Assembly: GCF_006345805.1 (NCBI RefSeq)
Contig: NC_043013.1
Coordinates: 57,908,001-57,972,000, forward strand
Direction of reading: 5' to 3'
DNA length: 64,000 nucleotides
Source: Octopus sinensis
Lineage: Eukaryota
This document shows positions 27,739-42,117 of the stretch, in pieces. The notes below the pieces were generated by a model, which had not been told where the DNA came from, made no database searches, and worked only from the letters and a program-made list of their open reading frames with translations. The position numbers were made by a program, and so were the translations under genes. Positions within the stretch are counted from its first letter, which is position 1; the number at the start of each line of letters is the position of its first letter.

Positions 27739-28179
27739 ATGTATGTATGTATATACATGTATGTACGTATATATACATATATGTATGTATAAATACCTCT
27801 ATGCATGTGTATGGGCGTGTGGGAATATATGTATGTAAGCACTTACAACACTTAGAGCTGTGTAATTTATAATAGAAACTGATAGTTTGTAACACGTCTG
27901 CAAAATGTATTTCACTAGATATCGGTTACAAATTCATAGCTGTAAATATATCTATATCACCACGCCATTTGGATATCATCAAAGAAGAAGAATAATTAGC
28001 AACGGGATTAATTGCTGAGAAATACAATGTAATCATCGTAAAAATCATACCAATTTTCCCAAGGACCATTGTTGGTAGATGTATGCATGCTTACATTTCC
28101 ATATGGTTGTGTATGTGTGTATATATATATATACACACACATATATGTATGTATATACATATTAGTATATGTTTATCAT

Positions 28180-28224
<45 letters not shown>

Positions 28225-29087
28225 ATATATTATCCATTATCTCCTTTTCTTTACTTTTATGTAGGTTTTGCCTTTGCAGATTAGATTTTTTTCTGTATCG
28301 ATTAACTTTATTGATTGAATAGTTTATCATTAAACATCAAATTTGCTGTTTTACAAATAATCTTTGCCACTGATTAGCAAATTTACAACAAAACAAAAAT
28401 AAAAGCACAAAATGAAAAGAAAAAGAAACAAATGAAGCAAAAAATAAAATGAACAGATTAATAAAAACAAGTAAATGAAAACTAGCGAAGTAAAGACAAG
28501 GCAAACATTAACGTTGGTGAATAAGTAAACACGCATAAAGAACGAACAAAATCAGTGCATGATGGGAAAAAAAGAAAAGCTTGAAATGAAGAAGCGAAGG
28601 ACAATTTAATGCGTAGTGTGTGTGGGGGTGGGGTGGGGGTGGAGGCTGGTGATGGAATTAGTGTCTGGCTGAAGGGTTTTGTAATCAATAGTTTTTCTCA
28701 TTGTAATTTATGTAGGAAATGAAAGATGAAAGCCAGAAGCGGGGCTACAATTGGCATCACCAAATGTAGCATTAAATAATGGAAACAACTAAAGCACGAA
28801 AACAATAAAATAACGAAAATATAGTCTTAAAAAATGTACAGAAAGGAAGGAAAAGAAAATGTGAAAAGAAAAAGAAAAACAAGTGAAACAGGATTAAGAA
28901 GAAATGAAGTTCTGTAAAACGAAATATGGAGGGTGTGGGGTCGACGGCATTTTTATTCCAGTGCAGTATAGTGAGTTTATATGTTATTATAGGATGTATT
29001 AGTTGTGGGTAGAGATAAAATATTGAACAATACATCTAGAGGCCTCACTGAAATAAGAGAAAACTCGAAGCATAAACAAATATACAT

Positions 29088-29130
<43 letters not shown>

Positions 29131-29570
29131 ACGAAAATAAAACGATATATATATCGTTTTGTTTTCGTTTTATTGTTTGCTTCTTCTCTGCAGATGCTGC
29201 TCCTTGGTGGGTGATTTGCATAAGTGTATTATTCGTTGTATGGTTTCCGCCTTTTTGTTTTGCTGTTGTTATTGTGACGGTGGCTGTTGTTGTTTTCTTT
29301 ATTCTACGACGTTAGTGTTATTCATTAACAGATTCCAAAGAGATAGAAATGATAATAATTATTGATAATTATCTCACAAATTTCACTTTTTTCCTCTTTC
29401 TACCCTCTTTACTTCTGTTGTGATCTACACACACACACACACACACGTGTGTATATCTCCTGTTTCTGCATTTGTCCATGACTCTCCGTTTTACTATTTT
29501 CTCAACAATTAAAAAAGTTAAATTCGTTTTACTTGTTCAGTATTTGTTATTTTTGTTCCTATATATAGCA

Positions 29571-29760
29571 TCATCACCAGTATCATTACCGCCACCATCA
29601 TCATCACGACCATCACCGCCACCACCACAAGCACAACACCACATCCACCACCACGACCATCACCACGACGACGACCACCACCACGACCATCAACACCAAC
29701 ACGACCATCACCACGACGACGACCACCACCACGACCATCACCACCACCATCATAATCTTG
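29571..29760. repeat. (CAC/CAT/GAC)n compound microsatellite
   Basis: Direct inspection; source of the His-rich ORF. Confidence 0.9.
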
Positions 29761-30499
29761 GATGAACATCACCATTATAGCATCCTTTTTCAGAGTCGTT
29801 AGCTTCACTCCACCCCTTCATCATGACAGTTCCCCACTTCTACACATTGCTAATGTCTGTTCAAATATTTGTTGTTATTCTTTATTTCTTGGATGTCGTT
29901 TATTCGTCTTGTTTGTGACCAAATGCGTTTCATAGAAGTATTTCTCAGTGGTAGCTTTATTAGTATTTATGGCTACATCATTTAATATATTTTTCGCAAT
30001 GAAGTAGCCTGTGGTTTTAGGGAGACCCGGCCGCTAGTTCATGAGTTGTAAGTTTATTTCCTGAAGATATTTGCGTTAAGCAGCAGCATAACTCCTCTAC
30101 TGATACTTGGAGTTCAATATATGTATATGCTGCTGTAGGACAGATCAATATTTGAACAATACCCTATAGCGTATTGGTATTTATAGATACTAATTCAGAT
30201 TCGAGCAAGAAGTATATTTATAGGAATCAAGGCATAGGTCATTGTCTCTTAATGGGAAAATTGTTAGACGCTACAGGCACCAGTGTTGGAGGCAAAATGT
30301 TTCCCACATACGGACAAGTTGCGAATCAGTTACCTCAGATTTTCCGAGAGAATATTTTACCGGTCATATTAGAGTAACCAATGTTAGGTCTTCTTCAACT
30401 GAAACTTATAATGTTTACCTTGTGAGATTTAAATTTTATTAATACAAGAAAATTGATCTCTCACTTACTGAATATGAATACAACGCCATTAATATCAAA

Positions 30500-31672
30500 T
30501 ACGTTAGTAGACTGAAAAGTTCATAGGTTGAATATGAAGAAGTTATGCTACAGTTTTAAAATCTTGCGTGCATTAATTTCAACACGTCTTAATGACCGCA
30601 TTCTTTCATTCCAGGTAAACTGTAATTTCTTCAGAATGGACAAAATTTGGCATTGTGGTGTTATGAAATACCTGCAGAAAAACGATTTATCCCCTAAGGA
30701 CATTTCTGCTGTCATGATTGGTATATTAGAGGATGACACTCCGGTTTTATCATCAGTGCAAGAGTGGGTATTTCAGTTTGTGAGTGGAAGGGAGAGTCCT
30801 GAAGATGATCCAAGATCTGGACGCCCGGCAACTTCCACTCCCCAGGAAAATATTGATCATATTCAACAGATGCTGATGAATGACAGGCGATGGACAATAA
30901 ATCAAAGAGTCAATGCTATTAGTATATCTGATGTGTGTGTTAAGAATATTCTGCACAATGAACTTGGCATGACGAAGGCTTTTGCTCGGTGGGTGCTATG
31001 TCTTCTGATAATCGATCAAAAATTTGACATTGAGCCAGATCCTGCTGGTGGCCTTGATCGTTTCTAATCTAGGTTGAGAATTAGATTCATCGCATAGAAC
31101 CAAAGTGAAAGAGATATTCCAAAGAGTAGAAACACCTCTGCTCCCCTTCTCTGAAAACGACCAAGATATTTTATCTGCGGTGAGGGTGATGGCTTCAGGT
31201 TTTGGGGATGCAAAAGGCATTGAGTTTATTATTAAAAGGATCACATCAATGCCGAGTATCATGCCAACTTGCAGAGGCAGTTACAAGGCGAAACGTCTAG
31301 AAAAACTATCGAAAGGGCCTTGTTTCAATACTCCAGTGCGCAAGTCCTTGGTATCTGTGGCTGCTATGCGTGACTGTAGCATTAAACTCGTTGATCACCG
31401 TCACTATTCTCCTGATTTGGCCTCGTCCGGCCATCCTCGACAGATAGCTGGAAACCAATATCGCAGTAACGTTGATGTCATATTTGTTGCTGATGGATTT
31501 TTTAAAATTTAGCAAAAGGATGAAAGCTTCATCACTAATGGGATCCAACCACTGCAACTCTGATAGAAGAAGTGTGTGGACCACAAGGGGGACTTGTTGA
31601 AAAATAAGCCTCATTTGGTCACATTCTATGCAAGTAGTTTGGTCAGCTTACGAACTCTTCAGTCGACCTTCT
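30500..31672 (+). mobile_element. Decayed mariner (Tc1/mariner) DNA transposon with degenerate TIRs
   Basis: HTH region EDDPRSGRP, ARWVLCLL (WVPHLL-like), VMASGFGDAKGI, YSPDLASS (YSPDLAP-like). TIRs ~30500-30532 (gactgaaaagttcataggttgaa) and ~31642-31672 (reverse complement gactgaagagttcgtaagctgac). Confidence 0.92.
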
Positions 31673-33382
31673 TTGAATATTTCAGGGAAGTATTGGGAAT
31701 GTTACATATACTAGGAATATGGATGCCTTCATTGAAACATCTACTTTTATTCTTGTTATGAATATTTTCAAATCGATAAAATATAAGGTGAAATCTCTCA
31801 TCGGAGTGATTGAAAATTTACAACTGTGGCAGAGTGCTAGAGAATATTATAGAATGCCTTCTGGTATTCGTTGCCAGACCCTGCACGTGGAGCTCAAATT
31901 CTGCTGAGGTTGGTTGCTTCATTTCTGAGGGTTGGCAAAAACCTAAATGAACTACCAATTCACTGCCAGGAAACGGATGGAGTATCTTCTGGCAGTCGTT
32001 CTTGCATTTTGCATTCTGACAACTCTGCCTGCGGTGACACTAGCTTCATCGACTGTACCATTCCTTTGGACACTTGGTGACGTGAATCTGGGAAATTTAA
32101 AAGCATGGTCGAAAGCTCGTCTTTTCAAAAAGCGTTGCCGAGGCCTTGCAGAGCATCTGAGAAGATACAGAAACTATCGTTTATCTATGAGTTACACATT
32201 GCTCGGAAATATGAAAGTGATATGAAAACAAAGTAATTAACATAGAAGTATGGCTTATACCATCATGTTAAAATGGTATCAAAGCCTATGCAAGGATATC
32301 TTCATATCTTTATTGTGAGAATTGGTTGATTGTTTCTTCAGTTTGGGGTTACATCCATTGGCTTTTGTTGTCGTTGGTAATTACACTTGTTGGTTGATAC
32401 TGTATCTATTGGTTGCATTTAATCTTGGAGTGAGTACCTGCTCTTGCGTAGAACTTCCTACAAGAAACAACGGAGCACAACCCATTGCAAGCTTCCGGAG
32501 TAGTTCTTTTCCGTGAGAAGATCATCCTTCTTTCCTCCCAGAAATATTTGAGGCTTGGAAAAGTGGCAGACGCTCTGCGTTTCCCGCCTTACAGAAAGCT
32601 TGTTGCAAAGGGATCTATTGGTCATGGTCGACTTTTTACCGTGAATTTACCTTGAGGCCTGGACAATGAGGTGTGACAAACGGCAATAGCACCTGCAATA
32701 ACCCCGATGACTACAACGTAAATACCTTCTCTTCAGAATATTATAGAAAACAAAAATCACTCATCCCTATATAGAACTAAAAAAATAGCAAATTTACAAC
32801 AAATAAGACGTCTGAAACTCGTAACGTTTCTTTTTGGCTTTATAATATAACTAGTAACTTCAGTTCCACGAAATCGACTACAAATATGAAATTTTAATGA
32901 AATATTCTTATCTAGAAAATATTGTTTGTCTCCGAATATAAATAAAGAGAAAGATTCTAATAATAACTTATTTGAGTGGAAAACAATATTCAAATTTCTT
33001 GAATACCCCTCATAGAAAGTCTCTTTTGAACTTCATACACACACATTCTTAAACAATCTTTAAACCACCATACGTTATTTGCTCCGCTGCAAACATCTTA
33101 GAGATACATTTATTTTTTCTCATATATTTTCTTGATGTTTATCCAACTTATGAAGTTGCAGTCATTTGGATTTATTTAATACAAAATATTTATTGTATAT
33201 ATAATATAATTCTATGTTTATTGAACATAACCCCCTCACACTTTTCACAGAGATTTCTATTAAGCTTATTTTAATGAGCTACAATTTTTCCAAAGTATAA
33301 ATCTACATATATATATACATGCATGCATACATTCCTACATACATAAATACACACAAAGATACACGCATACATACATGCATGC

Positions 33383-33426
<44 letters not shown>

Positions 33427-33744
33427 GGGTGACTGGAGAACGATAGGCAAAATATTCACAGAGGAAACAAAGACAGGGTGGGAGGAAGACAAGAGGAAGA
33501 GGCATATATTCTTAATAACGAAGTTTATTGTTTATGCAGCAGAGCAATATTATTTGCAAAACGGCAGAAACAAAACTGCGGCGAAACAAATGGAAAATAT
33601 AGAGTTGAAAGCTTTTTGTATACATACATTCAACTCTCACTCTCTCAAATACATTTACACATGCAAACAAACGCACAGACACACATATACAGAAATATAT
33701 ATATACATATATCTGTATATATATATATATATATATTATATATC

Positions 33745-33790
<46 letters not shown>

Positions 33791-33796
<6 letters not shown>

Positions 33797-33987
33797 TATA
33801 TAGAAGGAGCTTCTGCAGGACTAGAACTGTTTCATTCAAGAGAAATCTTCAGGAAGCTTCCTGAAGATTTCTCTTGAATGAAACAGTTCTAGTCCTGTAG
33901 AAGCTCCTTCTATATAATAAATTAATTTTACTCTGCTATGTATGAGTACCTTATTTACTGTTGTTAACCCCGAATCAACCCGAGACC

Positions 33988-33990
<3 letters not shown>
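33791..33990. mobile_element. Spacerless 132-bp palindrome plus tail, inserted in (TA)n; probable Penelope pLTR derivative
   Basis: Arms 33791-33856 / 33857-33922 with one mismatch; CTGAAGA...GAAAC...GTC core; second copy at 41493. Confidence 0.65.
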
Positions 33991-34062
<72 letters not shown>

Positions 34063-34471
34063 AATTTATATATACACACACAGATACATTCACAGACGCA
34101 CTTTTATATGTTAATATATACATGTGTGTGCGTCAGTGTACGTGTATGGTAAGGAAAAAGTTAGAGAAAGCGAATCGCAGAAAGACAGAAAAGGAGCGGA
34201 TAAGCTCTGTAGCGTATTGTTAACTTGTCAGTGGATAAGGACCTCAACCTGGCTTCGGTGAAGTTACTTGAAACATTTTGCCTTTGATATAAGTAAAACC
34301 CACGACGGAAACCTCTGTCATCTCTGGTGACGTCATTCAGATTTCTTGAATCTCTTCCAAATCTTGCAGAACTTTTCATCAAATTATGTATTCATCTTGT
34401 GATGTCGAACTATCATACACATACACACACAGGCAGAGACACAAACACATATTGTATATACATGCACATAT

Positions 34472-34816
34472 GCTGGAGTGGCGGTCTGGTAAGTCGCTTG
34501 CTTACCAACCACATAAATCCGAGTTCAGTCCCACTGCATGGCAGCTTGGGCAAGTGTATTAGCCATTGCCTCGGGCCGACCAAATCCTTGTAAGTGGATT
34601 TGGTAGCCAAAAACTGTAAGAAGCCCGTCGCGTGCGTGCGTGCGTGCGTGCGTGTGTGGCAACCGATGCTGGTGTGTTTATGTTTCAGTAATTTAGCGGT
34701 TCGCTAAAGAAACTTAGAGAATAAGTACTAGACTTACAAAAAATAAGTCCTGGGGTCGATTAGCTCGACTGAAAAGGCAGTTCTCCAGCATGGCCGCAGT
34801 CAGATGACTGAAACAA
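34472..34816 (+). mobile_element. Composite SINE family A copy
   Basis: Homologous head, internal (GCGT)n tract, tail ctccagcatggccgcagtcagatgactgaaac. Confidence 0.88.
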
Positions 34817-34985
34817 TTAATATATATATATTTCGATGGGTGAATGAATTATCCTTTGTTTACCGTTAACATGGAAAGTTCAATGAACCGTTACTAGGGT
34901 AACAAATTCACGTCAGAAACTCGGTTGAAGCGACCTATCCAAAGGTAGAAACTCCGGGTTAATGTGCAGTAACTTGTGTTACAGA

Positions 34986-35069
34986 TGAATAAATAAATAA
35001 ATGGAGTTGACCGAAGAAAGTAAAGGAACTTTATTAAAAACTTCGTTCAACTCCATTTATTTATTTATT

Positions 35070-35071
<2 letters not shown>
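34986..35071. repeat. 31-bp inverted repeat with 24-bp spacer
   Basis: tgaataaataaataaatggagttgaccgaag / cttcgttcaactccatttatttatttattca (one mismatch). Confidence 0.9.
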
Positions 35072-35160
<89 letters not shown>

Positions 35161-36158
35161 AGAGAGGATAAAGAATGGAGCAATAATTAACAATTTACCT
35201 TTAAATCACCTACTACCGTATAGCTTATAACGAGAACTATACATGAGATAATACACCAGGAGTGCCTACGGATACATCTATCCCTTCGATAGTTGAATAA
35301 TCTCTAACTTATATCTTAATATAGATGTGTATATATACAGAGAGAGAGAGAGGGGGGAGAAGGAGAGAGAGAGAGAGAGTCATGTATCTATATGTAAGTA
35401 TATACGTATGTGCGTGTATATATCTATTAAGAATGTGATGGCTGCTCAAAAGGGTTCTCTTCCCAATGTAGCCTCATCGATAGCTTAAGTAGACCTGGAT
35501 CTTTCTCAAACAACACCTTTGGAAAGTTGAGTTACATTATTTAATCTATTCTTTAAAAATGCTTGGTAGACCGATGCGATGGTCATGTTTGGCAAACTTT
35601 GTTTAGCGAAGCAGCTGAATCAATGTGGTCTTTGGGTGAAAAGAACAACAACTCTAGGTTTTCCATTTGATTTCGTTCTATTTCTATATTTGGAATCCGA
35701 ACAATGAATACCGCGACACATGTGACTCCATGCATGCGAGACTCCGGTCAAACGTTTTTGCATCTAGTCCTGCAAATTGTATTTCTATATGACAGACCAT
35801 GCTGACGAGATTACAGTTTATCCTTGCGGATATTAACAATCGAAACTGATCGGTACATTGGTAATAATTTTTATTTCGTATATTTTCATTTGTCTTGCTT
35901 ATTTTTTAATGCTTTGGTTTGTGTTGAGTTTTTATTTGAGAACATATTCTTTGTGGAAAATAGCGATTTGACGTCTATATCTAGCATGTTGACCGTTCGC
36001 TTTTAGTGGTCAAACCTTTAAATTTTGTATGTAAAAATATTTTAATCTTCGATTTTTAATATACTGGGCGACTTAAATTAAAATTGATTAATATCAATTT
36101 CTACCCTTATTAAATTTTAAATTTACATATACATATAATATATATATATATATATATT

Positions 36159-39100
36159 ATGGCGTGGTTCCTGCGAGGATGGCAATGCGCTGACGGAGAA
36201 AGTCCAAGTAACATAATTGCGGCAGCACTAAGGAACAAAGGATTCAAAAGGACGTCATCACAAATAGAGCGAAGAGGCAAGAGTTCGTACGCTCATACAC
36301 ACTTGTCAGATCGCACATAAACACACTGGATGCCATTTTTAACAGCGAAAAACGCGAACAAAGTAAAGATGGCAAGGATGGAGACGCGGGCGCAGATGAG
36401 GAGGGTCACCCCCACCTGGTGGACGCCCAGGAAGAAACTCCAGCGAGAGGCCTGCCCGGGAGGTGACCCGTACGGATGCTCCTACCGGCACCAAAAGCCA
36501 TGGACATGGAGATGAAGAGGCCAAAAAAAGAGGAGGAAAAACTGAAGCTAAAACTCAGACAAAGCCAACGGGCAAGGCAGCCAGGGATAGAGGCAAACCT
36601 AACCCTCCATATGCCAAAAAGGATGGAAACAAGCAGCGCACTCGGGTATGTAGGTTCTACCTGAAAGGTGCCTGCCGGCATGGAGAGGAGGGTGCAGGCT
36701 GCCGCTTTGCACATCCGGGACCCTGCCACAGAAACAAACCACCGAAAGGAAATGGGATGGACCACGCATCACCGGCCCCAAAACGGAGGTACGCAGATGT
36801 GGTGCGTACCACAAACCACCAACGTGTTGTTGAAAGGGCAGCTGCTGAGCAGGAATCTTTTTTGTGCATGGCACAAGAGATGTACAGCAGCTAACCTGGC
36901 TCCATCAGGCTTCAGGCTCGCAGATGGAACTGCCCACGGTTCACAAGACCGCCACAGCAGATGGACCCAGGGTGGACACCACCGGCAACAGCATACACCT
37001 CACCTCGATGCTCCTACTGAACATCAGAGGATTACTAACACACAGTAACAGGACAAAAGTCCCGTTCCTGAGAGACTTTGTCGCATGCAATCAAGCCTTA
37101 TGCATAGCACTCACAGAAACGCATCTGAAACCGGACATAGCAGATGCGGAATTACACATACCACAGTATGTTGTACTACGGACCGACAGGAAAGAAAGGA
37201 GTCATGGAGGTGTTGCTATGTACATCCGGGAGGACCTCACACCCCAGGTCCTTTTGTCATACACAAACTCGGTGTGTGAAACACTAATTGTACACATAAA
37301 GCAACTTGATGTAGTTGCGTGTGCTACATATCGCCCTCCAGATGCCCCAAGTCATATGGGCAAGTTTGAGGACTGCCTTTTAAAAATAGAAGAAGTTCTA
37401 ACCACATTAGAACAACACATAAGTGTACTTCTCATGGGAGACTTCAATCTACCGAATGTCAGATGGCCCGAGGGCCTTTCTCTCCCAAGAATGACAAGAT
37501 GTGAACGAGGACAGGCGAGGTCCCTCCTGAACCTCACCAACACCCTGTACATGGGGCAAGTAATACTCCAACCAACCAGAGCGGGTAACACACTGGATCT
37601 CTGCTTCACAAATAATATGGATCTCATCCATAATGTGAAAGTGACACCGACACTACTCTCGGATCACAACATGATAGAGCTGACCATGTACGGGCCAAAA
37701 GAGAGCACGGACATGCAGCCTACAAGAAACCCTCAGAATCTTTCCAGCTTGAACTTCAATAAGGCAAACTGGAAACAAATTGAGAAAGAGATCCTCAAAC
37801 AAAACTGGCCTGAATGTCTCTCCTCGCCGGACATCGACATGATACTTCAACAATTCATGTCTGTAATGCAAGCCATATGCTACAAATGTGTCCCAGAGAG
37901 AAAGGCCACTGTACACAAAATCCCCAGAGAGAGAAACATTTTAATGAGACGGCGTACAAAAATCTCAAATCGCCTAAACAAACAAATTGAAAGCAGTGAA
38001 AAGTCCCGCCTGAAAATAAAACTGTTGGAAATTGAAAATTGTCTGCAACTCTCCCATGAGAAGGAAAGAGCAGCAAAGAAGCCTGGGCTATAGACAACAT
38101 AAAAACTAACCCCAGAGCTTTCTACAGGTATGCCAAAGAAACAGCTACGGTGCACTGTAGGATAGGGCCACTCCTTGAAAAGGATGGCACACTGACAGGA
38201 AAACCAATGAGGGTAAGTGAAATACTGAATGAACAATTCAAGAGTGTTTTCACTCCACCCCTTGGACATTTCCAAATCAGCAATCCAACTGACTTCTTTA
38301 CCACTGCAGATATAGAATCAGAGGCGGCGACGTTAAATTACATCGATATAAAGGAAGACGATGTAATAAAGGCTATAGATGAAATGAAAATAGACTCAGC
38401 TATTGGCCCCGATGGATTCCCGGCAATCCTCCTAAAAGTATGTAAGAGAGTCTTAGCAAGACCACTGCAGTTCCTCTTTCAGAGCTTCCTTGCAGCTGGC
38501 AAACTTCCAAGAAAACTGAAGGAAGGTAAAATATGCCCTTTTCATAAAGGAGGTAGCAGAGCGGAGGCCAAGAACTCTGACCTCACACATCAGCAAGGTC
38601 ATGGAACGAATAGTCAGAAGGAAACTAATCACCTTCCTTGAAGAAAATGACTTGCTGCCTGACACCCAACATGGTTTCCGACCAGGAAGAAGCTGCTTAA
38701 CTCAGCTCCTGCAGCACTATGACTGGGTGCTGAAACAATGCTCAAACTGCTCAACCACTCAAATGTGGAAGTCATATATCTCGACTTCGCAAACGCTTCG
38801 ATAAAGTCGATCATGGAATGATATGTCACACACTGCGTGATCTTGGCATAGTTGGAAAACTAGGAGAATGGCTTCACGACTTTCTGAGAATAGAAGTCAG
38901 GTGGTAGTAGCCAATGGGGCCACTTCCTATTGCTCGCAAATAGTGAGCGGTGTTCCACAGGGCACTGTTTTGGGACCACTACTGTTCATAATGGCCCTCT
39001 CAGACATACCTCAGCCACGCGGAGAGCCACGATCACAAGTTATGCAGATGATCACAAAGTTTCACAGGCAATACAGAATCCTGAAGACACTAGGCACCTG

Positions 39101-40022
39101 CAATATGAGCTGGACGAAATATACAAGTGGGCTGAAAAGAATAGCATGCATTCAATGCTGAAAAGTTTCAAGCTTTATACTATCAGCATGCAAAACTGAA
39201 TGCAATACCCAAGGAATACACTGGACCCGGAGGGATTGCCAATCCCAGAGGCACAATCAGTGCGTGACCTGGGTATTCACATGAGTGATGACGCGACCTT
39301 TCATGTACATGTTGCTCTGACAATGAAATGCAGACGGCTGGCTGGCTGGATTCTTAGAACCTTTAGAACAAGAGAACAAGAAACCATGATGGTCCTCTGG
39401 AAGACACTTGTCCTAAGTCACTTTGACTATTGCTCTCAGCTATGGTCACCATCCAGTGTCAAGTTGATCACAGAACTTGAGGCGATCCAACGAAGCTACA
39501 CGAAGAAGATAGCCTCTATAGAATGTAAGCTACTGGGAAGACTCAAGAGATTAAAATTATATTCCCTGGAGCGTAGGCGGGAAAGATATGCCATAATATA
39601 CATCTGGAAGATCCTGGAGGGAAGTGTCCTGAACTTTGGCATCGAGAGTTACGCAAACGCCAGAACTGGGCGCCACTGCGTGGTGCCTAGGACTCCAAAC
39701 TTGCCATCAAGATGTAGGACAAGATTCTGTGATAGCCTGGGCTTCCGAGGCCCACAGCTTTTCAATATCCTCCCGATGAACCTGAGAGACCTGCATGGGG
39801 TGGATACAGATGTCTTTAAAATGGAGCTGGATCTCTTCCTGTCAGGTGTCCCAGATGAACCAACTTCACGGCAGGAGGGGCAGATGAGGCAGCTGCATCG
39901 AACTCTCTCATGCACCAAATAGCAGTTGCTAGAAAGCCTCCATGAAGTGAAACCAAGTAGCAACACCAATGGCGGTGCCCCAGCATGGCCACAGCTCATA
40001 AGCTGAAACTGGAATCAATCAG
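36159..40022 (+). mobile_element. CR1-group LINE copy 1 (5'-truncated in ORF1; CCCH finger, APE endonuclease, RT), frameshifted
   Basis: APE motifs LLNIRGL, ALTETHL, MGDFNLP, GNTLDL, SDHNMI; RT motifs QHGFRPGRSC, PQGTVLGPLLF, SYADD, HFDYCSQLWSP; tail aatcaatc. Confidence 0.96.
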
Positions 40023-40023
40023 T

Positions 40024-40089
40024 CATATGCATATATAATATATCATATATATATATATATATATATATCATATATATATATATATATGC

Positions 40090-40123
<34 letters not shown>

Positions 40124-40371
40124 CTATATATATATATATGCATATATATATATATATATAAGCATATATATATGCATATATATATATATATATAATATAT
40201 ATATATGGATATATATATATATGCATATATATATGCATATATATATATATATGCATATATATATATGCATATATATATATATGCATATATATATATATAT
40301 GCATATATATTATATATATATGCATATATATAATGCATATATATATATATGCATATATATTATATATATGC

Positions 40372-40422
<51 letters not shown>

Positions 40423-40849
40423 GCATATATATATAATGCATATATATAATGCATATATATATATATATGCATAATATATATGCATATATATTATATATAT
40501 ATATGTAATATATATATATGCATATATTATATATTATATATATATATATATATGCATATGTATATATATATGCATATATATATATATATGCATATATAAT
40601 ATATATATATATGCATATATATATATATATGCATATATATATATATATATATATGCATATATATATATATATTCATATATATATATATATGCATATATAT
40701 ATATAATATGCATATATATATATATATGCATATATATATATCTATATATGCATATATATATATATATGCATATATATATATATATGCATATATATATATG
40801 CATATATATATATATGCATATATATATATATATGCATATATATATATGC

Positions 40850-40895
<46 letters not shown>

Positions 40896-40912
40896 GCATA
40901 TAATATATATGC

Positions 40913-40952
<40 letters not shown>

Positions 40953-41157
40953 GCATATATATATATATGCATATATATATATATATGCATATATATACTG
41001 CATATATATATATATATGCATATATATATATGCATATATATATATATATGCATATATATATATATGCATATATATATATGCATATATATACATATAATAT
41101 ACATATTATATATATGCATATATATATATATATCATATATATATAATATGCATATAT

Positions 41158-41195
<38 letters not shown>

Positions 41196-41395
41196 TATAT
41201 ATATAATGCATATATATAATATATATCATATTATATATATATATATGCATATATATATATCATGCATATATATATATATATGCATATATATAATTCATAT
41301 AATATATATATGCATATATATATATATGCATATATATTTATATATACATATATATATATATATATCATAATATATATATCATAATATATATATGC

Positions 41396-41426
<31 letters not shown>

Positions 41427-41439
41427 GCATATATATATA

Positions 41440-41484
<45 letters not shown>

Positions 41485-41490
41485 ATATAT
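40024..41490. repeat. Compound (TA)n-TGCA microsatellite array
   Basis: Repeated atatatatatgcat units over ~1.45 kb. Confidence 0.97.
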
Positions 41491-41492
41491 AT

Positions 41493-41631
41493 ATTATTAT
41501 AGAAGGAGCTTCTACATACTAGAACTTTTTCATTCAAGAGAATCTTCAGGAAGCTCTTCTATATAATAAATTATTTTACTATGCTATGTATTGAGTACTT
41601 ATTTACTGTGTTAACCCCGAATCAACCGGGA

Positions 41632-41634
<3 letters not shown>
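41493..41634. mobile_element. Second copy of the 33791 palindromic element, lacking most of the right arm
   Basis: Shares the left arm and the tail ...ttaaccccgaatcaacc. Confidence 0.85.
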
Positions 41635-41665
<31 letters not shown>

Positions 41666-42117
41666 TATTCCGGTTCCGTTTCAGTAGAGAAAGACGTGAT
41701 TGCCTTTGGTCTGTGAAAATGTTTGCATAGAACGGCGAAATAACCCACTGTAGTTGCAAAACGTAAAACTCTAAGTCATAGAGATCACTACAACACTTTG
41801 GTTAAAAACATTTTTAAAAATATATATATAAATATATACATATACACAGTAATTTTCATTTTCGCCGAAACACACATGGTGCAAAAATAACTGAATCAAG
41901 TTATCTCCTGCAAGAAAAAAAAGAAGTATCTCTCCTGAAAAAAAATCCCGTAAACCAAAAAAAATAATCCAGACCACATTGTTGGATTAAGTATCAATTT
42001 CATCTATTTCATATTTTATTTATTATTCTATTTTATCTTTCACTTAGGCCCACATCTTAGTTAAGTTGCGATCGTCATTTTGTTTGTTTACATTTTCAAG
42101 ATCTGTTCTCGATATAA

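Noticed and set aside
29472-29808. His-rich and Gly/Arg-rich ORFs
   Set aside because: Derived from a CAC/CAT/GAC microsatellite.
34920-34962. ttgaagc-g-acct atccaa aggt-a-GAAAC...gtt hammerhead-like remnant
   Set aside because: Two core mismatches and no stem I.
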